Shown in pieces: positions 10,635-20,992 of a stretch of DNA of 64,000 nucleotides. The notes beneath the pieces were generated by a model. The model saw nothing but the letters and a program-made list of their open reading frames with translations. It did not search any database and had not been told where the DNA came from. Position 1 is the stretch's first letter. Each line of letters starts with the position of its first letter. The translations under genes and the position numbers were made by a program. Source of the stretch: Vicinamibacteria bacterium (GTDB lineage Bacteria; Acidobacteriota; Vicinamibacteria; Marinacidobacterales; Marinacidobacteraceae); assembly GCA_963668695.2 (NCBI GenBank), contig CAXXLQ010000004.1:2272001-2336000 (forward strand). Direction: 5' to 3'.

Positions 10635-11044
10635 CCGCGGCGGCACATACCCGGACCCCCGATCGCGTTCCGCTCGTCATCTACGACGGCGGCTGAGGCT
10701 TTTGCACCCGCGCCGCGGTCGCGGCGGCCCGATTTGCCGGCGAGCGGCCGATTCGCTTTGCTGCCTCTCAGGAGCTGACCGACGACCAATTGGTCGGGCT
10801 CGGCATCTCGCGAACTGCATGTGAAGAGCGCGTCCGCTTCAGGGACCTGAAGGGGCGGTTCCACGGTGGGGCCTTCGCGGTGAACCGGTTCCTCCTCTAT
10901 GCCGCTCCCCCGGGCCCGCGGGGACTTCCCGCGCGCATCCTGGCGGTGCTCGCCTACGCGTTTCCGCCACTCCTGCTCGCCGAACTCGCCGCCTACGAAA
11001 TCGTCGCCCGGAACCGTGGCTGTCGCCTGCTCAATCCGTCTTGA
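10631..11044 (+). CDS. DCC1-like (DUF393) thiol-disulfide oxidoreductase, probable selenoprotein (TGA at 10694-10696)
   Basis: Reads VPLVIYDGG*GFCTRAA...AYEIVARNR; matches family motifs YDGxCxxC and Y..vA.nR. Confidence 0.75.
10711..10726 (+). promoter_or_regulatory. Candidate bacterial SECIS hairpin
   Basis: CGCCGC-GGTC-GCGGCG; G-first apical loop 20 nt after the UGA. Confidence 0.55.
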
Positions 11045-11596
11045 GCAGCCCGTGGACAAGGTGAACCGGCATTCGACCGGCGATGCATCCCGGCCAAACA
11101 ACCGGTGATGAAACCCACGCGGCCCAGTTCTCCCGGTGGGGGCTCGGCCGGCGATCCATCCCGGCTGAACTGCCGGTGATGAAACCCACGCGGCCCAGTT
11201 CTCCCGGTGGGGGCTCGGCCGGCGATCCATCCCGGCCAAACAGCCGGTGATGAAACCCACGCGGCCCAGTTCTCCCGGTGGGGGCTCGGCCGGCGATCCA
11301 TCCCGGCTGAACCGCGTCGCTGCGCGCCGCTCATCGTTGCGTTTCGGTCGGAATACATCCGGGCCAGTTCTCCCGGTGGGGGCTCCTCCCTCACGCGCCT
11401 TGTCAGCCGGGCGCCTCGCCCCCACCGGGAGAACTGGCCGGCCTCGGCGCTCATGCGGGTTCCACCACCGGCTGTTCACCGCGTCGCTTCGCGCCGCTCA
11501 TCGTTGCGTTTCGGTCGGAATACATCCGGGCCAGTTCTCCCGGTGGGGGCGCCTCCCCGCTCTCGGTGCTCGCCCCACTTTGTCCAAGGACTGCTA
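11042..11596 (+). mobile_element. Composite family A repeat
   Basis: Three tandem ~70-bp left modules plus core modules; ends GACTGCTA. Confidence 0.85.
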
Positions 11597-11640
11597 AACG
11601 ACGGTATCCTGCGCTACCGGCCCATCCGAGGAGGTCTCTC

Positions 11641-12519
11641 GTGCTTCGATTCCGTTCTTCAACACTCGTCTCCACCCCGCTGCTGCTCGTTCTTGGCTGC
11701 GGAGCTCCCCCTATGGAAGAGCCGATGGAACCGGCTGCGGTCGCCGTTGATGATCAGCCGGCCGGGGAGTACGTTCGGTTCGAGAGCGATTCGGGCGCAG
11801 CGACATGGGGCCGCGTCGACGGCGACGAGATCGTGGCCCTCCACGCGGCGCCCTGGGCGGGCGGAGCCCCGACCGGGGAGCGGGTTGCCCGCTCCGGAGC
11901 GCGTCTCCTCGCCCCCGCCGATCCGGGCAAGGTAATCGCGATCGGACTCAACTATGGCTCCCACCTGGGCGACCGGGAGCCGGCTCCCTATCCGGGGGTG
12001 TTCGCCAAGCTGCCCACGAGCATTGTTGGGCCCGGTGACGCTATCGAGATGACCGAGGACGCCGGGAACGTCCATTACGAGGGCGAATTGGTCCTGATCA
12101 TCGGCAAGGAGGCCAGTGACGTTCCGGTGGACCAGGCTCAGGATTACATTTTTGGGGTGACCGCCGGCAACGACGTGAGCGAACGCGATTGGCAGGGCGC
12201 CGATCTCCAGTGGTTCCGGGCGAAGGCCTCGGATACCTATGGACCGATCGGGCCGGTGATTTCACGCGGAGTCAACTATGACGACCTCGAACTCACGACC
12301 CGGCTGAACGGCGAAATCGTCCAGCAGCAGCGGACCAGCGACCTGATCTTCGACTCGAGCGACATCGTGAGCTACGTGAGCCGCTACGTGACCCTGATGC
12401 CTGGCGATGTCATCTTTACCGGGACCCCGGGGAGCACCCAGGCGATGAACGAGGGCGACACGGTCTCCGTCGAGGTCGAAACGGTCGGCGTCCTCGAAAA
12501 CCCGGTCGCTCGCCGTTAG
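11641..12519 (+). CDS. Fumarylacetoacetate hydrolase family protein with lipoprotein-like signal
   Basis: KVIAIGLNY, HYEGEL, NDVSERD, DVIFTGTPG; GAGGAGG before GTG; LLLVLGC. Confidence 0.88.
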   Translation: MLRFRSSTLVSTPLLLVLGCGAPPMEEPMEPAAVAVDDQPAGEYVRFESDSGAATWGRVDGDEIVALHAAPWAGGAPTGERVARSGARLLAPADPGKVIAIGLNYGSHLGDREPAPYPGVFAKLPTSIVGPGDAIEMTEDAGNVHYEGELVLIIGKEASDVPVDQAQDYIFGVTAGNDVSERDWQGADLQWFRAKASDTYGPIGPVISRGVNYDDLELTTRLNGEIVQQQRTSDLIFDSSDIVSYVSRYVTLMPGDVIFTGTPGSTQAMNEGDTVSVEVETVGVLENPVARR

Positions 12520-12613
12520 CCCGGATATCGTCAGGAATTCGCCCGCGGACGCTTCCGTGCCCGCGGGCGCCCGCGGACGGCGGGACTAGCCGGCTGCGTA
12601 ACCGCAGACGCCT

Positions 12614-12916
12614 TCAGATAGCGGCGGCGGCTTTCTGCAGCCTCCGTCCGAGGTGGTCCCCAATCGCGGAGCAGGGGACGAACATGGGCTTTTCGTCCAC
12701 GCTGATCCGGAAGGCGCACCCGCCGGTGGCGTTATCGGTCACCTCGAAGGTTCCCGAAAAGTTCCCGAGCGGCGTCGGGAGCGAAAACTCGCCGAACCCC
12801 GCAGGACCCTCGCCCCCGCTGACCGCGCCACCGAAGCGGGCAAAATCGGTCCGGAGGGATTCGAGGAGTTTTGCAGCCTCGACCGACAGGCTGAAATCAA
12901 ACTGACAGGCAGACAT
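12614..12916 (-). CDS. Hypothetical protein
   Basis: Compact ORF MSACQFDF...KPMFVPCSAI between two genes; no family recognised. Confidence 0.55.
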   Translation of the reverse strand: MSACQFDFSLSVEAAKLLESLRTDFARFGGAVSGGEGPAGFGEFSLPTPLGNFSGTFEVTDNATGGCAFRISVDEKPMFVPCSAIGDHLGRRLQKAAAAI

Positions 12917-12984
12917 AGAGGCTACCGGCTGGGAGTTGAGCGTTCGTTGGTCTGAGTGGTGATCAAACTCTGAAGGAATCCATT

Positions 12985-13176
12985 CGCGGCGCGCAGCGCC
13001 GCGGGGGTGGGGTGTGGGGAGGGGTTGCCCCTCCCCACGAAAGACGGTGGTGCGAATCGCGGAGCGATTCGCACCACCAACCCGTGGGGAAAGCGCCCCG
13101 CATGCGTACAACCCGCCAGATTCGGCGCGCGGGACGCCTTGGGGCTCGTGCGGGGTGCTTTCTCCATGGGGTGTCA
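12985..13176 (-). repeat. Multi-hairpin intergenic element family B, copy 2
   Basis: Same hairpin order as 5493-5687, starting at the M20 peptidase TGA. Confidence 0.75.
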
Positions 13177-14484
13177 GTTGGCGGCTGCGAGGCCGGCCTC
13201 GGCCAGTACGAGCAGCAGCGCCTTCTGGATGCCCAAATGGCCGTCACGGTTGGCCCACCACTCGTGGAGGGAGTGAGCGCCGAAGCCCTCCCCGCCGCTG
13301 CCGATCGTGGTGGCCGGGATTCCGCGGGCGATGGGGACGTTCGAGTCCGTGGAACCCATGCTGAGTTCCGGCTCCGCCCCAACGGCCCGGGTTGCGGCGA
13401 GAGCCCGCTGAATGAGCGGGGTGTCGATCGCAACCATCCCGGACGGGCGATCTCCGATCAACTCGATGTCCACCGTCAGCTCCTCGCCGTCCCGCCGCAT
13501 TTTGTTCTGCCCGGCGAGCGCGTCGGTCATCGCCGCCTGGAAGATGGCGTCGATCTCCTCGAGCCGTCCGGGTTCCATGGACCGCATGTCCACTTCCATC
13601 CAATTCTCGAACGGGATCGAATTGATGGAGGTGCCGCCTCCGATCCGGCCGATGTTGTAGGTGGTCTTGGCCCCTGCCGTGACGTACTCGCCCGCCCGGT
13701 CGTCGAACAGTTTGATGGCCCGGGCCATGGCGTGGGCCGGGTTCCCGAGGCCAAAGGCGCCCCACGAGTGCCCGCCGGGTCCAAGGAAACGGACCCGATA
13801 GCGATGGGAGCCGATCGCGTGGTTCAGCACCCGGGTGTTACTCGTGCCGTCAATGGCGATGAACGCGTCGATCTCCGGTCCCCCGTCCCGGAAGAGGTGC
13901 TTGACTCCCCGCAGGTCTCCGATCCCCTCTTCGCCGACCGATCCGACGAACAGCACGTCGTCGCGCATGTCGAGCCCGTGGCGATCCATGAGTTTGACGA
14001 TGGTCAGCATGGTCACCAGCCCGCGGGTGTCGTCGGCGATCCCGGGAGCCATCAACTTGTCCCCGTCTTTCCGGACGGTGACGTCGGTTCCTGCGGGAAA
14101 CACGGTGTCGAGGTGGGCCACCACCGCGATGGTCCGGCCTCCGGTTCGGCCCTTCCGGCGCGCGACGACGTTCCCGATCTCATCGAGTTCGGCTTCGAGC
14201 CCCGCTTCGCGCACGAGTCCCTGGTAGTGGGCAGCGCGCACTTCCTCCGTGAAGGGTGGCGCCGGGATCTCGGTCAACTCGATGAGCAGGCGCTCGTTTT
14301 CCTCATCCATCGTGAGGACTTCCTCGAGCGCCGCCGAAACCCGGCCGTCGGCCGTGATACCTGCCAACTCGGCCTCGTACTCGGGGAGCACCTCGAGTTC
14401 CTGGGCCCGAACTCCGAGCGCCGGAAGGAGCAGGCCCACGGTCAGGGCGGCAAGCAATTGCGATCTGGAATGCGATAGCGGCAT
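13174..14484 (-). CDS. Secreted M20/M25/M40 family metallohydrolase
   Basis: Signal peptide, AHLDTVF, PGIADD, GEEG, GGHSW, AHSLHEW. Confidence 0.9.
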   Translation of the reverse strand: MPLSHSRSQLLAALTVGLLLPALGVRAQELEVLPEYEAELAGITADGRVSAALEEVLTMDEENERLLIELTEIPAPPFTEEVRAAHYQGLVREAGLEAELDEIGNVVARRKGRTGGRTIAVVAHLDTVFPAGTDVTVRKDGDKLMAPGIADDTRGLVTMLTIVKLMDRHGLDMRDDVLFVGSVGEEGIGDLRGVKHLFRDGGPEIDAFIAIDGTSNTRVLNHAIGSHRYRVRFLGPGGHSWGAFGLGNPAHAMARAIKLFDDRAGEYVTAGAKTTYNIGRIGGGTSINSIPFENWMEVDMRSMEPGRLEEIDAIFQAAMTDALAGQNKMRRDGEELTVDIELIGDRPSGMVAIDTPLIQRALAATRAVGAEPELSMGSTDSNVPIARGIPATTIGSGGEGFGAHSLHEWWANRDGHLGIQKALLLVLAEAGLAAAN

Positions 14485-14590
14485 AACCGCCCAATCCTAC
14501 CGGACTCAGAACCCCGAACGGCCGTCGCTGTTGTGAGGAGGCGGTGCCCCGCGAAACCGCCGCTTCGCCGCTGTAACCTCTCGACGCCCC

Positions 14591-16783
14591 ATGTCGTTTC
14601 GCACCTTCCCGACTCGGTGGAGGCCCGGCCTCGGGTGTCTCGGCTCGCGCCGCGCAGCCTTTGTCGCCGCTGCCTGTCTGCTCCCGGTCGGGGGAGCGGC
14701 AACTCACGCGCAGCCGCCCGAACGCGTCCCCGAAAGAGTGGTGGTCCTTGGATTCGATGGAGCGGACCCGGACACCATCGCAGCGATGATCGCGGAGGGC
14801 GACCTTCCGAATCTTGCGAGTCTGGCCCGGCAGGGGACCTTCGCTCCGCTGGCCACTACCAAGCCCGCGGAGTCTCCGGTGGCTTGGGCAACCTTCGCCA
14901 CCGGAATGAATCCGGGGCGCACCCGGATCTTCGACTTTCTCGAGAAGCGGGAGGACACCTACGTCCCGCAGATCGCGCTGGTGCGGCAGGCATCGACCCA
15001 ACTGCCCGGAGTGCCGATGCGGGTAGGTCTCGTGCTGCTGGTGGCGCTCGGTGCGGGAATCGCGGCGAGCTGGCTGCTTCAACGCACTTCGGCAGGTCCC
15101 CGGATTCGCTGGATGTTCGTGGTGGTGTTGACGACCGTGCCCGGGGTGGCGGTGGCCCTCGTGGCGGTGTGGCTGCCCGCCGCAGTTCCGCGGGCGATCC
15201 GGGCCCGGCACGGAGACGCCTTCTGGAAGATCGCGGGTGGCGCCGGGGTTCCCACGGTCGCGCTTCAGGCCCCCATGGAGTTCCCGGTCGAGGAGTCACC
15301 CGGCACCCGCATCCTCGCCGGTTTTGGAGTTCCGGACGTTCGGAAGTCGTTCGGCCTCTGGTCGGTGTACACGACCGATCTCATCGAGGAGGAATCGACC
15401 GAAACCGGGGGCACCCGTTTCCCGCTCCGTTTCGATGCCGGGGTGGCGCGGAGCGTGATCCGCGGGCCCCGTGATTTCACGGCGGCGGTGCGAGAGGTGG
15501 ATCAGCCCGAGGTCGAGATTCCCGTCACGTTCCGGCGAAGCGAAGATGGGCTCGAGATCGAGACGTCCGGCACCGCGGTCAGCCTCGCTGCCGGGGAGTG
15601 GTCCGATTTCGTTTCGGTGCGTTTTCCGCTGAACCCGCTGATCCGGCTGGCAGGGTTGGTGCGTTTTCGAGTGCTGTCGCTCGAGCCGAATGTCTCGGTC
15701 TACATGGAGCCGATCAACTTCGACCCGGAGCGTCTGCCGCCGATCGTCGACCTTTCCTTCCCCCGGGACTTCGCCGGGGACCTGGCCCGGCGCGTCGGTC
15801 CCTACGAGACCATTGGCTGGAAGATCATCACGAACCCATTGCGCGACGAGGCGGTGGACTTCGACGCCCTGCTCGAGGATGCCCGGTTTGCTCGGGAGTC
15901 GAACGAGCGGCTGCTGATGGAGACGCTCCGCGAGGACTCCTGGCGGCTGCTGACGGCCGTCTTCCTGTTCCCGGACCGTATTCAACACATGCTCTACCGC
16001 TTCGCCGATCCCGATCATCCGAACCACGATCCGGAGTTGGGCCGGCGCTATGGCGGGGGGATCGCCCAGACCTATCGGGACCTCGACCGAATTGTCGGGG
16101 ACGCCGTGGCGGCGGCGCCTCCCGGCACCCGGTTCCTGGTGGTCTCCGACCACGGCTTCCATTCCTTCCGGAAGCAGTTCAACGTGAACACCTGGCTCGG
16201 TGAGAATGGCTACTTGCGGGCGGTTGGGGATTCGGGAGAGCGTCGACTGGAGGACCTGTTCGATCCCGAGGCGCTGTTCTTCCCGGGGGTGGACTGGAGC
16301 CGGACGAGTGCGTTCGCCCTGGGCCTTTCAGGGATCTATCTGAATCAGCAGGGCCGAGAGCCCGAAGGCACCGTCGCACCGGGAGCGGAGCGCGAGCAGC
16401 TCCTCGAGCGGCTCATCAGCGACCTCAAGGCGTTTCGCGATCCGGAGACCGGAGACCCCGTGGTCCGTGCGGTGCACCGGCGCGACGAGATCTACCAGGG
16501 CCCATTTGTGGAGGAGGCGCCCGATCTGATCCTCGGCCTGGAGCCCGGCTACCGAATCGGGTGGCAGAGCACCCTCGGCGGAATGCCGCCGTCTTCCATC
16601 ACACCGAATCTGGACAACTGGAGCGGTGACCACTGTTCCATGGAGGACACCGCCGGAGTGCTGCTGTCCAGCGTGTCGCTGCGGAAGCCGGCATCGCTCC
16701 GGGATGTCGCCCCCACGGTCCTCGACCTGCTGGGAGTCAGCGCGCCGGAGGACATGGACGGAACCTCGCTGCTGCCGCGCTGA
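14591..16783 (+). CDS. Alkaline phosphatase superfamily / type I phosphodiesterase protein
   Basis: VLGFDGAD, ESPVAWATFATG, DRIQH, VSDHGF, WSGDH. Confidence 0.85.
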   Translation: MSFRTFPTRWRPGLGCLGSRRAAFVAAACLLPVGGAATHAQPPERVPERVVVLGFDGADPDTIAAMIAEGDLPNLASLARQGTFAPLATTKPAESPVAWATFATGMNPGRTRIFDFLEKREDTYVPQIALVRQASTQLPGVPMRVGLVLLVALGAGIAASWLLQRTSAGPRIRWMFVVVLTTVPGVAVALVAVWLPAAVPRAIRARHGDAFWKIAGGAGVPTVALQAPMEFPVEESPGTRILAGFGVPDVRKSFGLWSVYTTDLIEEESTETGGTRFPLRFDAGVARSVIRGPRDFTAAVREVDQPEVEIPVTFRRSEDGLEIETSGTAVSLAAGEWSDFVSVRFPLNPLIRLAGLVRFRVLSLEPNVSVYMEPINFDPERLPPIVDLSFPRDFAGDLARRVGPYETIGWKIITNPLRDEAVDFDALLEDARFARESNERLLMETLREDSWRLLTAVFLFPDRIQHMLYRFADPDHPNHDPELGRRYGGGIAQTYRDLDRIVGDAVAAAPPGTRFLVVSDHGFHSFRKQFNVNTWLGENGYLRAVGDSGERRLEDLFDPEALFFPGVDWSRTSAFALGLSGIYLNQQGREPEGTVAPGAEREQLLERLISDLKAFRDPETGDPVVRAVHRRDEIYQGPFVEEAPDLILGLEPGYRIGWQSTLGGMPPSSITPNLDNWSGDHCSMEDTAGVLLSSVSLRKPASLRDVAPTVLDLLGVSAPEDMDGTSLLPR

Positions 16784-16814
16784 GCCCGGCGCCGGAGTCG
16801 GGTCCCGGGGTGTT

Positions 16815-17328
16815 TAACAGCCTGTGGTGAAACCCACGTGAGCGCCGAGACCGGCCAGTTCTCCCGGTGGGGGCGAGGCCCAGTTCTCCCGGTGGGGCCA
16901 GTCCTCCCGGTGGGGGCCCGGCTGACAAGGCGCGTGAGGGAGGAATACCTGGTGTATTTCGACCGAAACGCAACGATGAGCGGCGCGAAGCGACGCGGTG
17001 AACAGCCTGTGGTGGAACCCGCGCGAGTGCCGAGGCCGGCCAGTTCTCCCGGTGGGGGCGAGGCCCAGTTCTCCCGGTGGGGCCAGTCCTCCCGGTGGGG
17101 GCCCGGCTGACAAGGCGCGTGAGAGAGGAGCCCCCACCGGGAGAACTGGCCCGGGCGTATTTCGACCGAAACGCAACGATGAGCGGCGCGAAGCGACGCG
17201 GTTCGGCCGGGATGGATCGCCGGCCGAGCCCCCACCGGGAGAACTGGGCCGCGCGGGTTTCATCACCGGCTGTTTGGCCGGGAGGGATCGCCGGTCGAAC
17301 GCCGTGTGGGTTTTGCCACGGGTTGTCA
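16815..17328 (-). mobile_element. Composite family A repeat, reverse orientation
   Basis: TAACAGCCTGTGG at 16815; degenerate other end overlaps the lactate permease stop. Confidence 0.85.
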
Positions 17329-19095
17329 GTTGGCGCGGTTGCGGAAGATCCACACCGCGGCCGCGACCGCGATACCGGCAACGACCAGGGAACCGGCATT
17401 GACCGGTCCCAGCGTGCCCGACCACAGGATCGCATAACCGAGGGCTCCCGGGAGCAGGGCGTAGTAGACGAACGGAACCAGCGTGCGCCGGATCACGGCG
17501 CCTTCACGGCCGACCAGTCCGACGACCGCCGAGGCGGCCACCACGTTGTGGACGCAGATCATGTTCCCGGCCGCTCCCCCGACCGCCTGGAGCGCGACCA
17601 CCCATCCGGGATCCACCGAGAGACGCTCGCCGACTCCGAACTGGAACAAGGAGAACATCATGTTGCTCACGGTGTTGCTGCCGGCGACGAAGGCCCCGAG
17701 GCCGCCGATGAAGGGTGCGAAGAACGGCCAAGCCGACCCCGCGATCTGTGCGGCGCCCTCGGCGAGGGCGATGGGCATCGAGGCGAGCCCTGCCGCACCG
17801 CCGCCGGTATTCAGGAACACCTGCACCATGGGCACGGTGAACACCAGCGCCACCGAAGCGAGAGCGGTGCTCCGGAGCGAGGCAGAAACCGCGCGTCCGA
17901 TCTGATCCCGGTCCATCCGGTGGATCAGGACCGCAAACAGCGAGGCGGCGATGAAGACGGCGCCCGGAAGGAACAATGGTGCGGCGCTCGCGCTGATGTC
18001 GCTGCCGAAGATCTCCGGCCAGCGAATCACCACCCCCGAGAGGAACTCCTTGAAGGGTAGCCACGGCAGGCGGGTGAGCACCAGGAGGCCGCCGACAACC
18101 GCGTAGGGAGCCCACGCGGACACGGCTCCGATCGTCCGGCCCTTTGCAGGTTGGATATCGGAGATCAGCTTCCCGCCGACCCAGTCTGCGTCCCAGGCGG
18201 AGCGCGCCGGGAACTCGAAGTGCTGCCCGACGGGGGGCATGAAGAGGCCCCGCCGGGCGGCGGTAACGACGATCCCGAGCCCGACCAGGCCGCCGAGCAG
18301 CGCCGGGAATTCCGGGCCGAGCAGCCAAGCGGTCAGCAGGTAGGGGACGATCATCGCCACCGCGGCGAAGAGGGCGAATTTCCAGACCGCGAGTCCCTCC
18401 CGGAAACTCCGGCGCTCGCCGAAGAACCGGGTCATGGTGGCGACCACGATGAGCGGGACCAGGGTGCCGGCGACGGCATGCAGGATCGCAACCCGAAGTC
18501 CGATGAAGGCCAGGAACTCGGTCCATTCCGGGAATCCGAGCCCGGCGGCGTAGGCGGCGACCGCTTCCGATCCCGAGAGACCGGTGGAGACCCCGACCAG
18601 GATCGGGGTTCCCGCGGCGCCAAAGGAGACGGGAGTGCTCTGGATGATCATTCCCGCCACCACGGCGGCGAGCGGCGGGAACCCGAGGCCCACCAGCAAC
18701 GGCACGGCAACCGCCGCCGGAGTCCCAAATCCGGCAGACCCCTCGATGAACGACCCGAACAGCCAGGCGATCAGGATGACCTGGATGCGCCGGTCGGGAG
18801 TGATGCCGACGAATCCCCGCCGGATTACCGAGAGAGCCCCGCTCTCCTGCATGGTGTGCAGGAGCAGAAGCGCGCCGAAGATGATGTACAGCAGCGTCCC
18901 TGCGACCACCAGGCCGTTGACCGAGGCGGCGGCGATCCGGACGCCGGAAATGCCCCAGACACCCCAAGCGAGTCCCGCCGCAGCGAGCCAGCTCAGCGGC
19001 ATGGCGCGCGACGCCGGCCAGCGCAAGCCGACCAGAAAGAGTGCGACCACCCCGATCGGGATGAGCGCGATCGCGGCAAGACCAAGAGTTCCCAT
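17326..19095 (-). CDS. lctP: L-lactate permease
   Basis: [47 protein letters not shown]. Confidence 0.92.
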   Translation of the reverse strand: MGTLGLAAIALIPIGVVALFLVGLRWPASRAMPLSWLAAAGLAWGVWGISGVRIAAASVNGLVVAGTLLYIIFGALLLLHTMQESGALSVIRRGFVGITPDRRIQVILIAWLFGSFIEGSAGFGTPAAVAVPLLVGLGFPPLAAVVAGMIIQSTPVSFGAAGTPILVGVSTGLSGSEAVAAYAAGLGFPEWTEFLAFIGLRVAILHAVAGTLVPLIVVATMTRFFGERRSFREGLAVWKFALFAAVAMIVPYLLTAWLLGPEFPALLGGLVGLGIVVTAARRGLFMPPVGQHFEFPARSAWDADWVGGKLISDIQPAKGRTIGAVSAWAPYAVVGGLLVLTRLPWLPFKEFLSGVVIRWPEIFGSDISASAAPLFLPGAVFIAASLFAVLIHRMDRDQIGRAVSASLRSTALASVALVFTVPMVQVFLNTGGGAAGLASMPIALAEGAAQIAGSAWPFFAPFIGGLGAFVAGSNTVSNMMFSLFQFGVGERLSVDPGWVVALQAVGGAAGNMICVHNVVAASAVVGLVGREGAVIRRTLVPFVYYALLPGALGYAILWSGTLGPVNAGSLVVAGIAVAAAVWIFRNRAN

Positions 19096-19161
19096 GAGAG
19101 TTATCGGCTAACCGCCTTCCTGGCCCCCGCGGCCTGCGGAGGGCTGACTAGAATCCCGGCC

Positions 19162-20469
19162 GTGCCACGGGCATCGTTTACGTCGCTGGGCTGTCGTCTC
19201 AACCACACAGAGGCAGCGAACTGGGCGGGGCAGTTCGCGGGCAAAGGCTACACGATCGTTCCCTGGGGGGAGCCGACCGACCTCGTGGTCATCAACACCT
19301 GTTCGGTGACCCATCGAGCGGAGGCGCACTGCCGCAACACCGTGCGGCGGACGCTTCGTCACTCACCCGAGGCCTTCGTGGTGGTGGCGGGGTGCTATGC
19401 GCAATCCGGCCTCGACGCCCTTCGGGAAATCGCCGGAGTGGACATGATCGTCGGGACCGAATTCAAGGAGAGCTTCCCGGACTACCTGGATCGGCCCCGA
19501 AAACTACCCGAACCGGTCGTTCTCCACTCGGCGCGGATTTCACGCCATGAATTCGAGGTTCCGTCGACTGGGCGCTACGACACCACCCGCGCCAATCTCA
19601 AGGTGCAGGACGGCTGCGACTTCTTTTGTTCGTTCTGCATCATCCCCTACACGCGGGGCCGGGAGCGCAGCCGGCGATTTGACGACCTGGTCCGGGAGGC
19701 CCGGGAACTCGCCGAAGCCGGGTATCAGGAACTCGTGCTCACGGGGGTGAACATCGGGCGCTACCAAAGCGGAGGCCGCACACTGACTGATGTCGCGGAC
19801 CGGCTCGAGGAGGTCCCTGGCGTACGGAGAATCCGCATCACTTCGATCGAGCCCACTACCGTGGAAGAACGCTTGCTCGAGCGAATGGCCGAGCGCGGGG
19901 CGCTCTGCCGCTATCTGCATCTCCCGGTACAGAGCGGAGACGATGAAGTGCTGGCCCGGATGGGCCGCCGCTACCGCATGCGCGATTACCGCGAGTTTGC
20001 GGATCGGGCCGTCGAAATGGTGCCCGGTCTCGGTCTCGGAACCGACGTAATTGTCGGATTTCCGGGCGAAACGGATGACGCGTTTCGGCGCACCTGCGAC
20101 AACCTGCAAGAAATGCCGTTCGCCTACTACCACGTATTCAGCTACTCGTCCCGCGCCGGAACCCGGGCCGCGGGCCTTGCCGGGCACCTCCCGCCCGATT
20201 TGGTCGCGGAGCGCAGCCGCACCCTCAGGGAACTCTCGGACCAGCGCCGGGACGCGTTCGCTAGGCGCCACCTGGGCCAGCGCGTGGAAGTTCTGTTCGA
20301 ACAGCGGGATCGTACCGGCCGCTGGACCGGTTTGACCGATTCCTACCTTCGAGTCGGGGTGGTCTCGGCGGAGCCGCTCGAAAACTGCATCCGCGAGGTG
20401 CGGATCACCCGGATCGCGAGTGAAACCCCCGGTCTTGCCGTTGGAACCCTGGTTCCAGCAGCCGGTTAG
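19162..20469 (+). CDS. mtaB: tRNA t6A37 methylthiotransferase (radical SAM)
   Basis: LGCRLNHTE, NTCSVT, KVQDGCDFFCSFC, LTGVNIG, TRAM-like C-terminus. Confidence 0.88.
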   Translation: MPRASFTSLGCRLNHTEAANWAGQFAGKGYTIVPWGEPTDLVVINTCSVTHRAEAHCRNTVRRTLRHSPEAFVVVAGCYAQSGLDALREIAGVDMIVGTEFKESFPDYLDRPRKLPEPVVLHSARISRHEFEVPSTGRYDTTRANLKVQDGCDFFCSFCIIPYTRGRERSRRFDDLVREARELAEAGYQELVLTGVNIGRYQSGGRTLTDVADRLEEVPGVRRIRITSIEPTTVEERLLERMAERGALCRYLHLPVQSGDDEVLARMGRRYRMRDYREFADRAVEMVPGLGLGTDVIVGFPGETDDAFRRTCDNLQEMPFAYYHVFSYSSRAGTRAAGLAGHLPPDLVAERSRTLRELSDQRRDAFARRHLGQRVEVLFEQRDRTGRWTGLTDSYLRVGVVSAEPLENCIREVRITRIASETPGLAVGTLVPAAG

Positions 20470-20543
20470 GACAAGGAGCGCCGGTAATCACACCGGCATC
20501 GCGGCCAAGGGAGAAGGAACACACCTAGGAGCGCCGGTCTGAA

Positions 20544-20991
20544 CCCGACTTCGCCAAGACGGTATGTCGTGGGTCTGTAACTCGTTGACAATACGTGCCT
20601 TGGAAAATCGGGTGCCGGCAGCTTGGCACTACGTTTGTGTATTTGGGTCCGGTTTCCGGCGGGTGCGCCGGCGGTGATGGTGGGGCTCGACGCCTGCTGC
20701 CCGCGCGATCTGGGCCACCTGCGCCGGGGGGCGGACGTCCTGCCGATTCACGATCAGCCGTCCGTTCGTCTCCCGGATCGTGGTGGTCATCCGCACCCAC
20801 GGCCGCAGCCGGGTACGGATCGAGTCCCACGACAGGCGGATGCCTCGAGCCTTCAGCCGGGTGCGGATCAGGTGCACCGCGTGATAGGCGAGCACCGCCA
20901 GGAAGAGGTGCGCCGCGATCCGGCTGTGCTTCACATGCCAGATCGGCCGCAGCCCCAGCTCCGTCTTCAGCGCCCGGAACGTCGCCTCTCT
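20544..20991 (-). pseudogene. Right end and C-terminal transposase fragment of an IS1634-like element
   Basis: EATFRALKTELGLRPIWH...RIAAHLFLAVLAY (20629-20991); putative end CCCGACTTCG at 20544; 5' part absent. Confidence 0.75.
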
Positions 20992-20992
20992 T

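Noticed and set aside
10694-10696. Genome-wide UGA reassignment
   Set aside because: TGA terminates many conserved genes here (hisG, hisC, hisB, asnS, smc), so any readthrough must be site-specific.
11100-11310. CRISPR-like periodicity of ~70-bp units in family A loci
   Set aside because: Intervening sequences are near-identical rather than unique spacers.
18151-19161. 772-aa ORF implying a long MtaB N-terminal extension
   Set aside because: The extension is antisense to the lactate permease; MtaB motifs begin at 19162.
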